From Candidatus Daviesbacteria bacterium RIFCSPHIGHO2_01_FULL_41_45 (GTDB lineage: Bacteria; Patescibacteriota; Microgenomatia; Daviesbacterales; UBA10151), in NCBI GenBank assembly GCA_001776975.1, contig MFCS01000029.1:1-58045 (forward strand): a DNA stretch of 58,045 nucleotides, read 5' to 3'. The first letter of the stretch is position 1. Each line of letters opens with the position of its first letter. Below are positions 29,293 to 36,971 of the stretch, one piece after another. The notes under the pieces are model-generated. The model was not told where the DNA came from, searched no databases, and saw only the letters and a program-made list of their open reading frames with translations. The position numbers were made by a program, and so were the translations under genes.

Positions 29293-30874
29293 ATTCCTCC
29301 TTAGTTTTAGGTATCATTTTTTTATAGATTCTGATCACCGGATGGTCAAATACCGACCAAGTCTCTTCTCCAACTTCATCAGGAATCTCCAGCTTCCACC
29401 CCTGAATCTTTAGTTGAGGATATGAGGTAAAGATCTTAACTTCCTGAAAACCTAGTTGAGATGCAAAAAGACGATTATAAAAGTTTGCTGTAATGGGGAA
29501 CTGATCCGGTAGTCTTTGATGGTTAATAAAAACCCGTCGGGATTGGATAATAAAATAATCAGAGGTTACTAAGGAACTTATTAGATCTGTTTGTACTTCT
29601 TTATTTTCCTCTAACTGATAAAAATCTAAGCCTAGCTTTTGGTAGTTTCCTGTTAATGGAACATCAATCATATTACCTCCTTCGAGTAAGATTATTGAGT
29701 TAGGAGGAATATTTTGACTAATCCAGTCTGTGGCAGTCTGTCGGACATCCATCCTTTGGTAAATAGACAAAAAGGATAATACTGAAATAAGGTGCAGTAG
29801 TAATAAAGTGACTAATACAATTATTGTCATCTTTCTTCCGGTGAAATTACTAAGATGAAAAATCAGTAGTGCTGAGAACAGAGCAAAAAAAGGAAAGGTG
29901 GGGGAGGAAAATCGAGTCCATTTAGCAAATAAAAAGCTGTTAAAGAAGAAGAATAAACCAAAGGTTAATATTAGCAGAAACAATTTTCGGTCTCTTTTAA
30001 TAATACAAAAATAACTGCTAACACCTAGTCCAGTTAATCCGAAGATTTCCAGGGTTGGACCAAGGGCGTATGGGTAGATCTTCTCTAATTGAAAGATTAT
30101 AGGGATAGTATTGATAAATTGACGAGTATAAAAAACTACAAATTTTCCGGCTGCTAATCCGCCTTCGTAATCTAAGTTAGACTTAAATGCTGAGTAATCT
30201 AAAATCACAAAAGGGGCTGTTATAAAGAAAAATAGGCAAGCAGTAGTTAGGGAAAAGAATAAATATTTTACCTTTTGTAGAATAGAATTAGGAGTTAAAA
30301 ATACTAGAGCTATTAATGGGATGATCATTAAAAAACTACTCACTTTAACTGCCAGTCCTAACCCTAAACAAACCCCAGCCAAGAATAAGTATCTTACTTG
30401 TTTGCTACTGTTAAATCTAAGTTGGCAAAGCAAATTAAGCAGAATAAAAAAAATTAAAGTAGATTCAGGTGTCGCAAAATGAGCTTGTTGAATCAACCCA
30501 GGAATAGTAGCAACAGTAAAAGTAGCAAGAAGAGAGTAACGGATTGTCAGTAATTGCCGGGAGATAAGATAAATTATTGGGATACTCAAAGTAGAAAAGA
30601 ATGCTGAATAGAATCTACCGATTAAAAATGGTGATATCAGTAGGTTTAAGCTTTCTAGAACCTCCTTAGTAAAATAAATTAAGTAGATAGTAAATGTACC
30701 GTAGGAAAAAAAATCAGGGTGCATCTGATAAGGAAAATTAAGTTGATTAACTGAGGTGACTATATGGTATTCATCCGGGTGGGTAAATATTCCTTGACCC
30801 CAATCTAGGTTGTAAAATCTTAAGAAACCCCCGGTAACTGTGATGATAATGATGAGTAAGAGCTCACGTTTCAT
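29270..30874 (-). CDS. GT-C fold membrane glycosyltransferase, paralog 3
   Basis: DWGQGIFTHPDEYHI motif, parallel to paralog 2. Start placed at ATG 30874 (MKRELLLIII...); the track start 30916 would add 14 residues. Confidence 0.7.
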   Translation of the reverse strand: MKRELLLIIIITVTGGFLRFYNLDWGQGIFTHPDEYHIVTSVNQLNFPYQMHPDFFSYGTFTIYLIYFTKEVLESLNLLISPFLIGRFYSAFFSTLSIPIIYLISRQLLTIRYSLLATFTVATIPGLIQQAHFATPESTLIFFILLNLLCQLRFNSSKQVRYLFLAGVCLGLGLAVKVSSFLMIIPLIALVFLTPNSILQKVKYLFFSLTTACLFFFITAPFVILDYSAFKSNLDYEGGLAAGKFVVFYTRQFINTIPIIFQLEKIYPYALGPTLEIFGLTGLGVSSYFCIIKRDRKLFLLILTFGLFFFFNSFLFAKWTRFSSPTFPFFALFSALLIFHLSNFTGRKMTIIVLVTLLLLHLISVLSFLSIYQRMDVRQTATDWISQNIPPNSIILLEGGNMIDVPLTGNYQKLGLDFYQLEENKEVQTDLISSLVTSDYFIIQSRRVFINHQRLPDQFPITANFYNRLFASQLGFQEVKIFTSYPQLKIQGWKLEIPDEVGEETWSVFDHPVIRIYKKMIPKTKEEYELILQI

Positions 30875-32144
30875 GATGTACCAAATCTGCCACTTTTTGT
30901 CCCATCTCGACAGCATAATTTGTCCCTCTATCCCAAGGGTAGACCATATCCATGTTGGCCAAATAAATATTATCTAACGGTGTTTTAAAATTTGATAAGT
31001 TTTTTTTGTAACCTACTGTTACTACTGGTTGGGCAAAGGGAGCAGAAAACAAAAAGCAGTCAGTAATGGTTTGTTTGTAATCTGGTTTTAGCTTATTAAG
31101 ATATGGATCAAAAATTTCCAGCAACTCTTTAGCAGATAATTTTAAGTATGGATGATTAGTTGGCAAGTAATTACCAACATAGATAATATGTTGATTATTA
31201 TAAAAGACTTTATCCATAAAATTAGTGTGTTCTGCCAGAACCAAAAACGGCCAGTTTTTTTCAGTGATATTTAACCAGTAGGTATCTTTTAGGAATGGTT
31301 GATTAAGACACAAGATTAATACTTGAGCATGTAAATGTGAGATGGAACAGATTTTCTTACTGTAATCTGCTGGCAGACCAGGTGTGATTTTAGAAAATAT
31401 TGGTGATGGCAGGGTGCAGATAACTTTGTCAACGATTATCGTTTTGGGTACTTTGTTTAGCAAAATAGACAAGTTGGTGTGGTCTTTATTAGTAATCTTT
31501 AATACCTTCGAGTTTAATAAAACTTCACCGCCTAATTTTTTGATCTCAGTCAATAGATGTTCAGCAAATAATTGAAATCCACCATCTGGATAAGCAAGAG
31601 AGGGGGTACGTTTTTTAATTCTAGCCCAAAACCAACTAAGCGAGATGTCATCTTTATAGTTTGAGAATTTCCCTTGAAATAAAGGTTGCCAAATTAAGTT
31701 AGTCGCATTTTTCCCCATGGTTTTTTCTAGCCAAGGTAGGGCTTTGATACTTTCAAAATTGCGATAATTGTTACTAATTTTTAAGTAAGATAAAGTTAGA
31801 CCCATTCGCAACTTATCAATTAAACTCAATCTTGGTAATCCCAATAATGAGAGGGGGGAATCTAGCGGGTAAAGCAACCCATCAATCATTACTTTAGTGG
31901 TGGGTCTTTTAATAATTACCTTGTGGCCTATCTCTTTAGCCAAACCTAGTACAAATTCATCATTAGTAAACCAATGATGGTAGGCCTTTTCCAAACTCCA
32001 ATTCCAGTTTGGTTGTTTAAATCCTACCGCCAAGCCACCCACTTGTGTATCTTTCTCAATTAAAACAACCTGCTGACCTAGTTTTAACAGGGTATAGGCA
32101 GCTGATAATCCACCAAAACCAGCTCCCAAAATAGCAATCTTCAC
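30864..32144 (-). CDS. FAD/NAD(P)-binding oxidoreductase (amine-oxidase / phytoene-desaturase-like fold)
   Basis: N-terminal dinucleotide-binding motif MKIAILGAGFGGLSAAY...IEK. First gene of the minus-strand operon. Confidence 0.75.
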   Translation of the reverse strand: MKIAILGAGFGGLSAAYTLLKLGQQVVLIEKDTQVGGLAVGFKQPNWNWSLEKAYHHWFTNDEFVLGLAKEIGHKVIIKRPTTKVMIDGLLYPLDSPLSLLGLPRLSLIDKLRMGLTLSYLKISNNYRNFESIKALPWLEKTMGKNATNLIWQPLFQGKFSNYKDDISLSWFWARIKKRTPSLAYPDGGFQLFAEHLLTEIKKLGGEVLLNSKVLKITNKDHTNLSILLNKVPKTIIVDKVICTLPSPIFSKITPGLPADYSKKICSISHLHAQVLILCLNQPFLKDTYWLNITEKNWPFLVLAEHTNFMDKVFYNNQHIIYVGNYLPTNHPYLKLSAKELLEIFDPYLNKLKPDYKQTITDCFLFSAPFAQPVVTVGYKKNLSNFKTPLDNIYLANMDMVYPWDRGTNYAVEMGQKVADLVHHET

Positions 32145-32161
32145 TATGTAATTGTACGAGT

Positions 32162-32980
32162 TTACTGATTTTCAGTCCAGACACTTAATGTTCGGGTCAT
32201 AATGTTATTTAAAATTACTAAATATTTGGGGTCATAAATAAGGTCTTCGGCAGGTTCATTATTTACGACGCTGTCTCTAGTGCGGACAAATTTAGGAGAA
32301 GTACTAGTATCAGGATTTAGATACATGACCGATCCTCGGATGGTTAACTTAGGAGCCTCGATTGTTGATGGACAGCTACCTGCGGAAAAGCCACTGCAAA
32401 AATTGCCGTATACTATCAAGACGGCATCGATATTGGTGACGGTGGGGGCGATATTAATATCTCCCTGGACAATAAAGACTAACCCTTGGGCGTTGCCATT
32501 TCCTGAGGTAATATTCTGATTAATAAGCAGATTACCGTCAATAAAAAGTAGCCTGACTGGGTTACCCGAGATACCCCCACCTATGGTTAGATCGCCATTG
32601 TTTACCCAGTAAATATGGGCATCATTACCAGAGAATACTATCTGTTGATGATTTATGCCACCAACTAATTTTGGTTGTTTATTAACCTTACCAGAGATGG
32701 TTTTAGCCTGTTCATAGAATATTGATCTCATCTCAAGATAGGTAGGGATGCCAAATTGAGGGATTAAAGCCCGGTTTGAGGTAATGCATTTGTCGTTAAA
32801 GCTAAATTTGCTGGAGATTAAGTTATTGTCGGCTGCGGTTAACAGGCCCTGATTGGTTTGGACTGTGACTGAATATTTATCTGTTCCAGAGCAACTAGTG
32901 GAAGTTTGGGCCAGAGGTGAACGTGGATATATAGTTAAGCTCAGGGAGAGAAAAATTAAAGGCAGGAAGTATTTGTACAT
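32162..32980 (-). CDS. Secreted hypothetical protein
   Basis: N-terminal signal-peptide-like MYKYFLPLIFLSLSLTIYPRSPLAQ. Gly/Asn-rich body. Confidence 0.55.
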   Translation of the reverse strand: MYKYFLPLIFLSLSLTIYPRSPLAQTSTSCSGTDKYSVTVQTNQGLLTAADNNLISSKFSFNDKCITSNRALIPQFGIPTYLEMRSIFYEQAKTISGKVNKQPKLVGGINHQQIVFSGNDAHIYWVNNGDLTIGGGISGNPVRLLFIDGNLLINQNITSGNGNAQGLVFIVQGDINIAPTVTNIDAVLIVYGNFCSGFSAGSCPSTIEAPKLTIRGSVMYLNPDTSTSPKFVRTRDSVVNNEPAEDLIYDPKYLVILNNIMTRTLSVWTENQ

Positions 32981-33044
32981 GAGACTATTTAGAGTATAAC
33001 AGAAACTATTTAACCGCTCTGGTTAGATTGGTATAATATCTCCC

Positions 33045-33578
33045 ATGAAACTAAATGCTAAACAGTTAAGAAAGGGTATGGGGTTTAGGGAATTGGGTAT
33101 AGGGGATAGAAATGAGATTTATATTATCTTGGACAATGTTTTGGATACCTATAATATCGGTAGCATTTTTAGGTTGGCAGATGCTGTAGTAGCGAACAAA
33201 ATTATATTAACTGGTGGATCAACAACCCCGCCGAATCCAAGAATTAAAAAAGCCTCTATTAATACAACAGAGGTGGTGTCGTGGGAGTATGTCGAATCGG
33301 CCAGCGTCGCAATTAAAAATTTACAATTGCAAGTTGAAAATTTGCAGGTGGTGGCAGTAGAGCAATCTAAGAATTCAGTTCCTTATGATAAATTTAACTA
33401 CCAGTTGCCACTATGTTTGCTGGTTGGGCATGAGACAGATGGGGTATCACAGGAGGTTTTGGATCTTTGTGATGGGGTGGTGGAGCTACCGATGTATGGA
33501 GTAAACATATCCTTGAACGTCATGGTTTCCCTAGGGATAGTATTATATAAAACCCTGGAAAAGGCTGATACTAAGTAA
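33045..33578 (+). CDS. SpoU/TrmH-family RNA 2'-O-methyltransferase
   Basis: NIGSIFRLADA, LLVGHETDGVS and LNVMVSLGIVLY are the three SPOUT motifs. Confidence 0.8.
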   Translation: MKLNAKQLRKGMGFRELGIGDRNEIYIILDNVLDTYNIGSIFRLADAVVANKIILTGGSTTPPNPRIKKASINTTEVVSWEYVESASVAIKNLQLQVENLQVVAVEQSKNSVPYDKFNYQLPLCLLVGHETDGVSQEVLDLCDGVVELPMYGVNISLNVMVSLGIVLYKTLEKADTK

Positions 33579-33588
33579 TCTCAAAGCA

Positions 33589-33617
33589 TTGACAGCTAAG
33601 ATACACTCAGGTAGAAT
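33589..33617 (+). promoter_or_regulatory. 16S rRNA promoter (TTGACA, 17-nt spacer, TAGAAT)
   Basis: Perfect -35 at 33589-33594, a 17-nt spacer, and a 5/6 -10 at 33612-33617. It lies about 270 nt upstream of the 16S 5' end. Confidence 0.65.
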
Positions 33618-33682
33618 ATCCTCACCTCGTTTGAGGTGATTGGGGCAAGTTCAAACAAGAAAACTACTCACATCTTAATATT

Positions 33683-33695
33683 TGCACTTTAACAA
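33683..33695 (+). promoter_or_regulatory. boxA-like antitermination element in the 16S leader
   Basis: TGCACTTTAACAA differs at one position from the E. coli rrn boxA TGCTCTTTAACAA. Confidence 0.6.
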
Positions 33696-33708
33696 CCGAA
33701 CAAGCAAC

Positions 33709-33728
33709 AACCGCTCTTCGGTTTTTTT
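33709..33728 (+). terminator. Weak terminator-like hairpin inside the 16S leader
   Basis: AACCG-CTCTT-CGGTT followed by a T run, 14 nt after the boxA-like element. Confidence 0.3.
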
Positions 33729-33755
33729 GTGGTCTAATGGACCATCGATTGATTT

Positions 33756-33770
33756 CAGAAGAGTGGTGGG
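33756..33770 (+). other. 5' strand of the 16S precursor processing stem
   Basis: CAGAAGAGTGGTGGG is complementary to 36426-36440 (CCCACCACTATTCTG) at 14 of 15 positions. Confidence 0.55.
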
Positions 33771-33891
33771 AAAATAAATATACAAGTAGTCAACTTGTTA
33801 ATTCCAAACAACAATGAATTCACGGTACAAATCGTACAGTGTTTTTTGAGTTACGGAAAAACTTTACAAAGAAATGAAAGTTTCTTTTATT

Positions 33892-33934
<43 letters not shown>

Positions 33935-34722
33935 TAAGTATGCAAGTCATGGGGGTTCCGCAAGGAGCAACCGGCGGACGGGTGAGTAATGCATGGGAAT
34001 CTACCTTAAAGTTGGATATAGCTTGCCGAAAGGCAGGGTAATCTCCAATGTGTACTGAGATCGCAAGGTCGAAGTATAAAGAGCAATCGCTTTAAGATGA
34101 GCCTGTGTCCTATCAGCTAGTTGGTGGGGTAAAAGCCTACCAAGGCGACGACGGGTAGCTGGTCTGAGAGGATGGTCAGCCACAATGGGACTGCGACACG
34201 GCCCATACACCTACGGGTGGCGCAGCTAGGAATTTTCGACAATGGGCGCAAGCCTGATCGAGCGACGCCGCGTGGAGGATTGAAGGTCTTTTTGATTGTA
34301 AACTCCTTTTGTAGCCGAAGATTATGACGGTAGGCTACGAATAAGCCGCTGCTAACTACGTGCCAGAAGCCTCGGTAATACGTAGGCGGCAAGCGTTATC
34401 CGGAATCATTGGGCGTAAAGAGTTGCGTAGGCGGATCGGTGCATCTTGCTATAAATATTCCGACTTAATCGGGATTCACGGCAAGATATGGCTGATCTGG
34501 AAGATGTGAGGGGGTGTTGGAACAGATGGTGGAGCAGTGAAATGCGTTGAGATCATCTGGAACGCCAAAGGTGCAGACAGACACCTAACACATTCTTGAC
34601 GCTTAGGCACGACAGCTTGGGGAGCGAAGCAGATTAGAGACCTGCGTAGTCCAAGCCGTAAACGATCTCTGCTGGATATCCGGGACTTGTCCTGGGTGTC
34701 GAAGCTAACGCGTTAAGCAGAG

Positions 34723-34771
<49 letters not shown>

Positions 34772-35310
34772 AGGCGCACAAGCAGTGGAGCGTGTGGTTT
34801 AATTCGATTCAAAGCGAAAAACCTCACCAGGGTTTGACATGTATCTGCAAGCGCACGGAAACGTGTGATCTTCGAGAGTGATACACAGATGCTGCATGGC
34901 TGTCGTCAGCTCGTGGCGTGAGCTGTACCGTTAAGTCGGGTAACGAGCGCAACCCGCACCGTATGTTAAATAATTCATGCGGAACTGCCCCATTTTTGGG
35001 GAGGAAGGCGCGGATGACGTCAAGTCAGCACGGCTCTTACACCCTGGGCAACACACACCCTACAATGGCGAAAAACAACGAGTTGCAAGCCGGTAACGGC
35101 AAGCTAATCTCTGAAATTTCGCCTCAGTTCAGATTGAGGTCTGCAACCCGACCTCATGAAGGAGGAATTGCTAGTAATCGCGAATCAGCAGGTCGCGGTG
35201 AATACGTTCTCGCCTCTTGTACACACTGCCCGTCAAGGCAGCAAAGTTGGGGGCACCCGAACTTCCACTATGTGGGAGGAAGGTGAAACCAGCGATGAAG
35301 CTTAAGTCGT

Positions 35311-36191
35311 CCACTAATGTGAGCGACCTCTGATAGTAACATCAGAGAAAAATCCGACTGATATCGGTGAAGTCCTACTTGAAATTCGGGTTAACTTTGG
35401 TTAATCTAGAATCAAGGGAGAATACCGAGGGAAGTCTGCGATGCTTAAGCAGTATACCAACAGCAATTGGCTCAAAGATTATAAGAAGAATCTAGATTTA
35501 TCTAGTATTCAAAGAGATGTTTTGATTGGAACGATTTTAGGAGATGGCTCTTTTAAAATCTCTCGTTCAGGAAAAGCAGCTCAATTACAAATCTGTCATT
35601 CTTTTTCTTCTAAAGACTATGTCTCTTGGAAGAAGCAGATATTTGAAAATTGGGTTTTTGCAGAACCGAGATACCATCAAATAAATAACTCGTTAATTTT
35701 CAGAACGATATCTCACACTTTAATTTTTGAGTACATGAGATTTTTTTATAAAGAGAGGATCAAGATTATTCCACAAAATATTAAGAATATTTTAAAGAGT
35801 AATTTAAGTTTAGCTGTATGGTTCATGGATGATGGTAACGGTTACCTAAAAAGAAATGCATTTAGGATTAGTACCTATGCTTTTGGATTAAATGGCAACC
35901 TATTACTCCAAGAATGCTTAAGTCAGAATTTTGGATTACAAACAAATTTAGTTAGGGATAGTAAAGGATTTCAACTTTATGTCCCGGTTAGAGAGGGTGA
36001 GAAGTTTAAAAAACTTATTTCACCATTTGTAATTCCCTCGATGAAATATAAAATCGAGAATCGCAGCCCCCGTAGAGACTGATATGGAAGGTACCAGATA
36101 TTCTGGAAGTAAACTTCCATTAAACGTCGGCTCCAGTGAATAACTGGATGAAGATATAGTCCATGCCCTCAGTAATGAGCGGGTAAACATG
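35311..36191 (+). mobile_element. Group I intron in 16S rRNA (after the U equivalent to E. coli U1498)
   Basis: It splits AAGTCGT | AACAAGGTA. The 5' exon ends in U and pairs with the internal guide GCGAC (35323-35327), giving a U-G wobble. The intron ends in G. It contains GATGAAGATATAGTC (36147-36161), like the Tetrahymena AAGAUAUAGUC core strand. Confidence 0.85.
35441..36082 (+). CDS. Double-motif LAGLIDADG homing endonuclease (intron-encoded)
   Basis: Motifs LIGTILGDGSF and LAVWFMDDGNGY lie about 100 residues apart. The ORF's stop lies inside the conserved intron block GTAGAGACTGATAT. Confidence 0.9.
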   Translation: MLKQYTNSNWLKDYKKNLDLSSIQRDVLIGTILGDGSFKISRSGKAAQLQICHSFSSKDYVSWKKQIFENWVFAEPRYHQINNSLIFRTISHTLIFEYMRFFYKERIKIIPQNIKNILKSNLSLAVWFMDDGNGYLKRNAFRISTYAFGLNGNLLLQECLSQNFGLQTNLVRDSKGFQLYVPVREGEKFKKLISPFVIPSMKYKIENRSPRRD

Positions 36192-36425
36192 AACAAGGTA
36201 TCCCTACCCGAAGGTGGGGATGGATCACCTCCTTTCTGGAGATTTGATCTAACTGATGGATTCCTGAAATCTTGCTTTGCAAGTAGGCCGAAAGGCCTGC
36301 CGGCAGGCAGGCAGGTAGCCACGGTTACGATCCAGATACCTCTCACGCTTCAACAGCCTCAGCGCAAGCTAGAGATGTTGGGGACAGGTATCAAGAAGTT
36401 TGAAGCTCTTCTTAAAAAAGGCTTC

Positions 36426-36440
36426 CCCACCACTATTCTG
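36426..36440 (+). other. 3' strand of the 16S precursor processing stem
   Basis: Complementary to 33756-33770; lies about 190 nt past the 16S 3' end. Confidence 0.55.
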
Positions 36441-36469
36441 GAATTAATTATCTTTAATTCCAGGTCAGG
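36435..36469 (+). repeat. Direct repeat copy 1 (35 nt) containing a perfect 10-bp hairpin
   Basis: ATTCTGGAATTAATTATCTTTAATTCCAGGTCAGG. CTGGAATTAA and TTAATTCCAG are exact reverse complements. Confidence 0.7.
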
Positions 36470-36488
36470 ACTGGCGTAGCCATGTTCT

Positions 36489-36523
36489 ATTTTGGAATTA
36501 ATTATCTTTAATTACAGATCAGG
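36489..36523 (+). repeat. Direct repeat copy 2 (35 nt, 3 mismatches to copy 1)
   Basis: ATTTTGGAATTAATTATCTTTAATTACAGATCAGG. The hairpin is degraded by the substitutions. Confidence 0.7.
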
Positions 36524-36734
36524 TTGATAAAAATATGATAGAGAGACATGACGGTTCTAGTGATATAGGTAGATATATAGATAGGGATCCAGCGGTGCAG
36601 ATATCTAAAGGACTATGGTTGGTAGCAGCAATAGCTAACACCATCTGTGGGGTAGCTATGGGAGCCGAAAGGATTGCACGTTTTTCAGGTCGAGTCAGAA
36701 GAGTATTTACTCCAACTCATATAGAGCTTCCTTG

Positions 36735-36805
36735 AGGCCTCGACCGGATTCGCACCGGTGTACGAAGTTTTGCAGACTCCTGGATGACTACTCTCCCACG
36801 AGGCC
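36735..36805 (-). tRNA. tRNA-Cys (GCA), with a non-canonical T loop
   Basis: Manual fold: acceptor GGCCUCG/CGAGGCC, anticodon stem GGAGU/ACUUC with loop CUGCAAA, T stem ACCGG/CCGGU, discriminator U73, and a 3-bp D stem with a G13-A22 mismatch. The T loop reads UGCGAAU rather than UUCGAAU. Confidence 0.7.
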
Positions 36806-36825
36806 AGAACGGCGGATTCTTTACG

Positions 36826-36897
36826 TGGGCGATGTTGGGATCGAACCAACGACCTCGTCTTTATCAGAGACGCGCTCTACCACTGAGCTAATCGCCC
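36826..36897 (-). tRNA. tRNA-Ile (GAU)
   Basis: Clean cloverleaf: GGGCGAU acceptor, D arm GCUC-AGUGGUA-GAGC, anticodon loop CUGAUAA, T arm GUUGG-UUCGAUC-CCAAC, discriminator A. Confidence 0.9.
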
Positions 36898-36908
36898 AAA
36901 GTTCCAAT

Positions 36909-36937
36909 ATTTTACCTTTTACGGAGTAAACAGGCAA
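36909..36937 (-). promoter_or_regulatory. Candidate promoter for the tRNA-Ile/tRNA-Cys unit (TTGCCT, 17-nt spacer, TAAAAT on the minus strand)
   Basis: The reverse complement of 36932-36937 is TTGCCT and of 36909-36914 is TAAAAT. The spacer is 17 nt, and the -10 ends 11 nt before the tRNA-Ile 5' end. Confidence 0.45.
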
Positions 36938-36971
36938 GCTCAGCTTATCATGATTATGAGATAATAGCGAT

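Noticed and set aside
36435-36523. CRISPR-like array
   Set aside because: There are only two imperfect copies, with a 19-nt gap (54-nt period), and no further repeats. I saw no array elsewhere in the window and no cas-like genes.
36535-36735. 66-codon ORF between the 16S trailer and tRNA-Cys
   Set aside because: It has no ribosome-binding site or -10 element in the usual position and no recognisable motif, and it ends exactly at the tRNA 3' end. It has one hydrophobic stretch, so it is not excluded, but the support is too weak to call.
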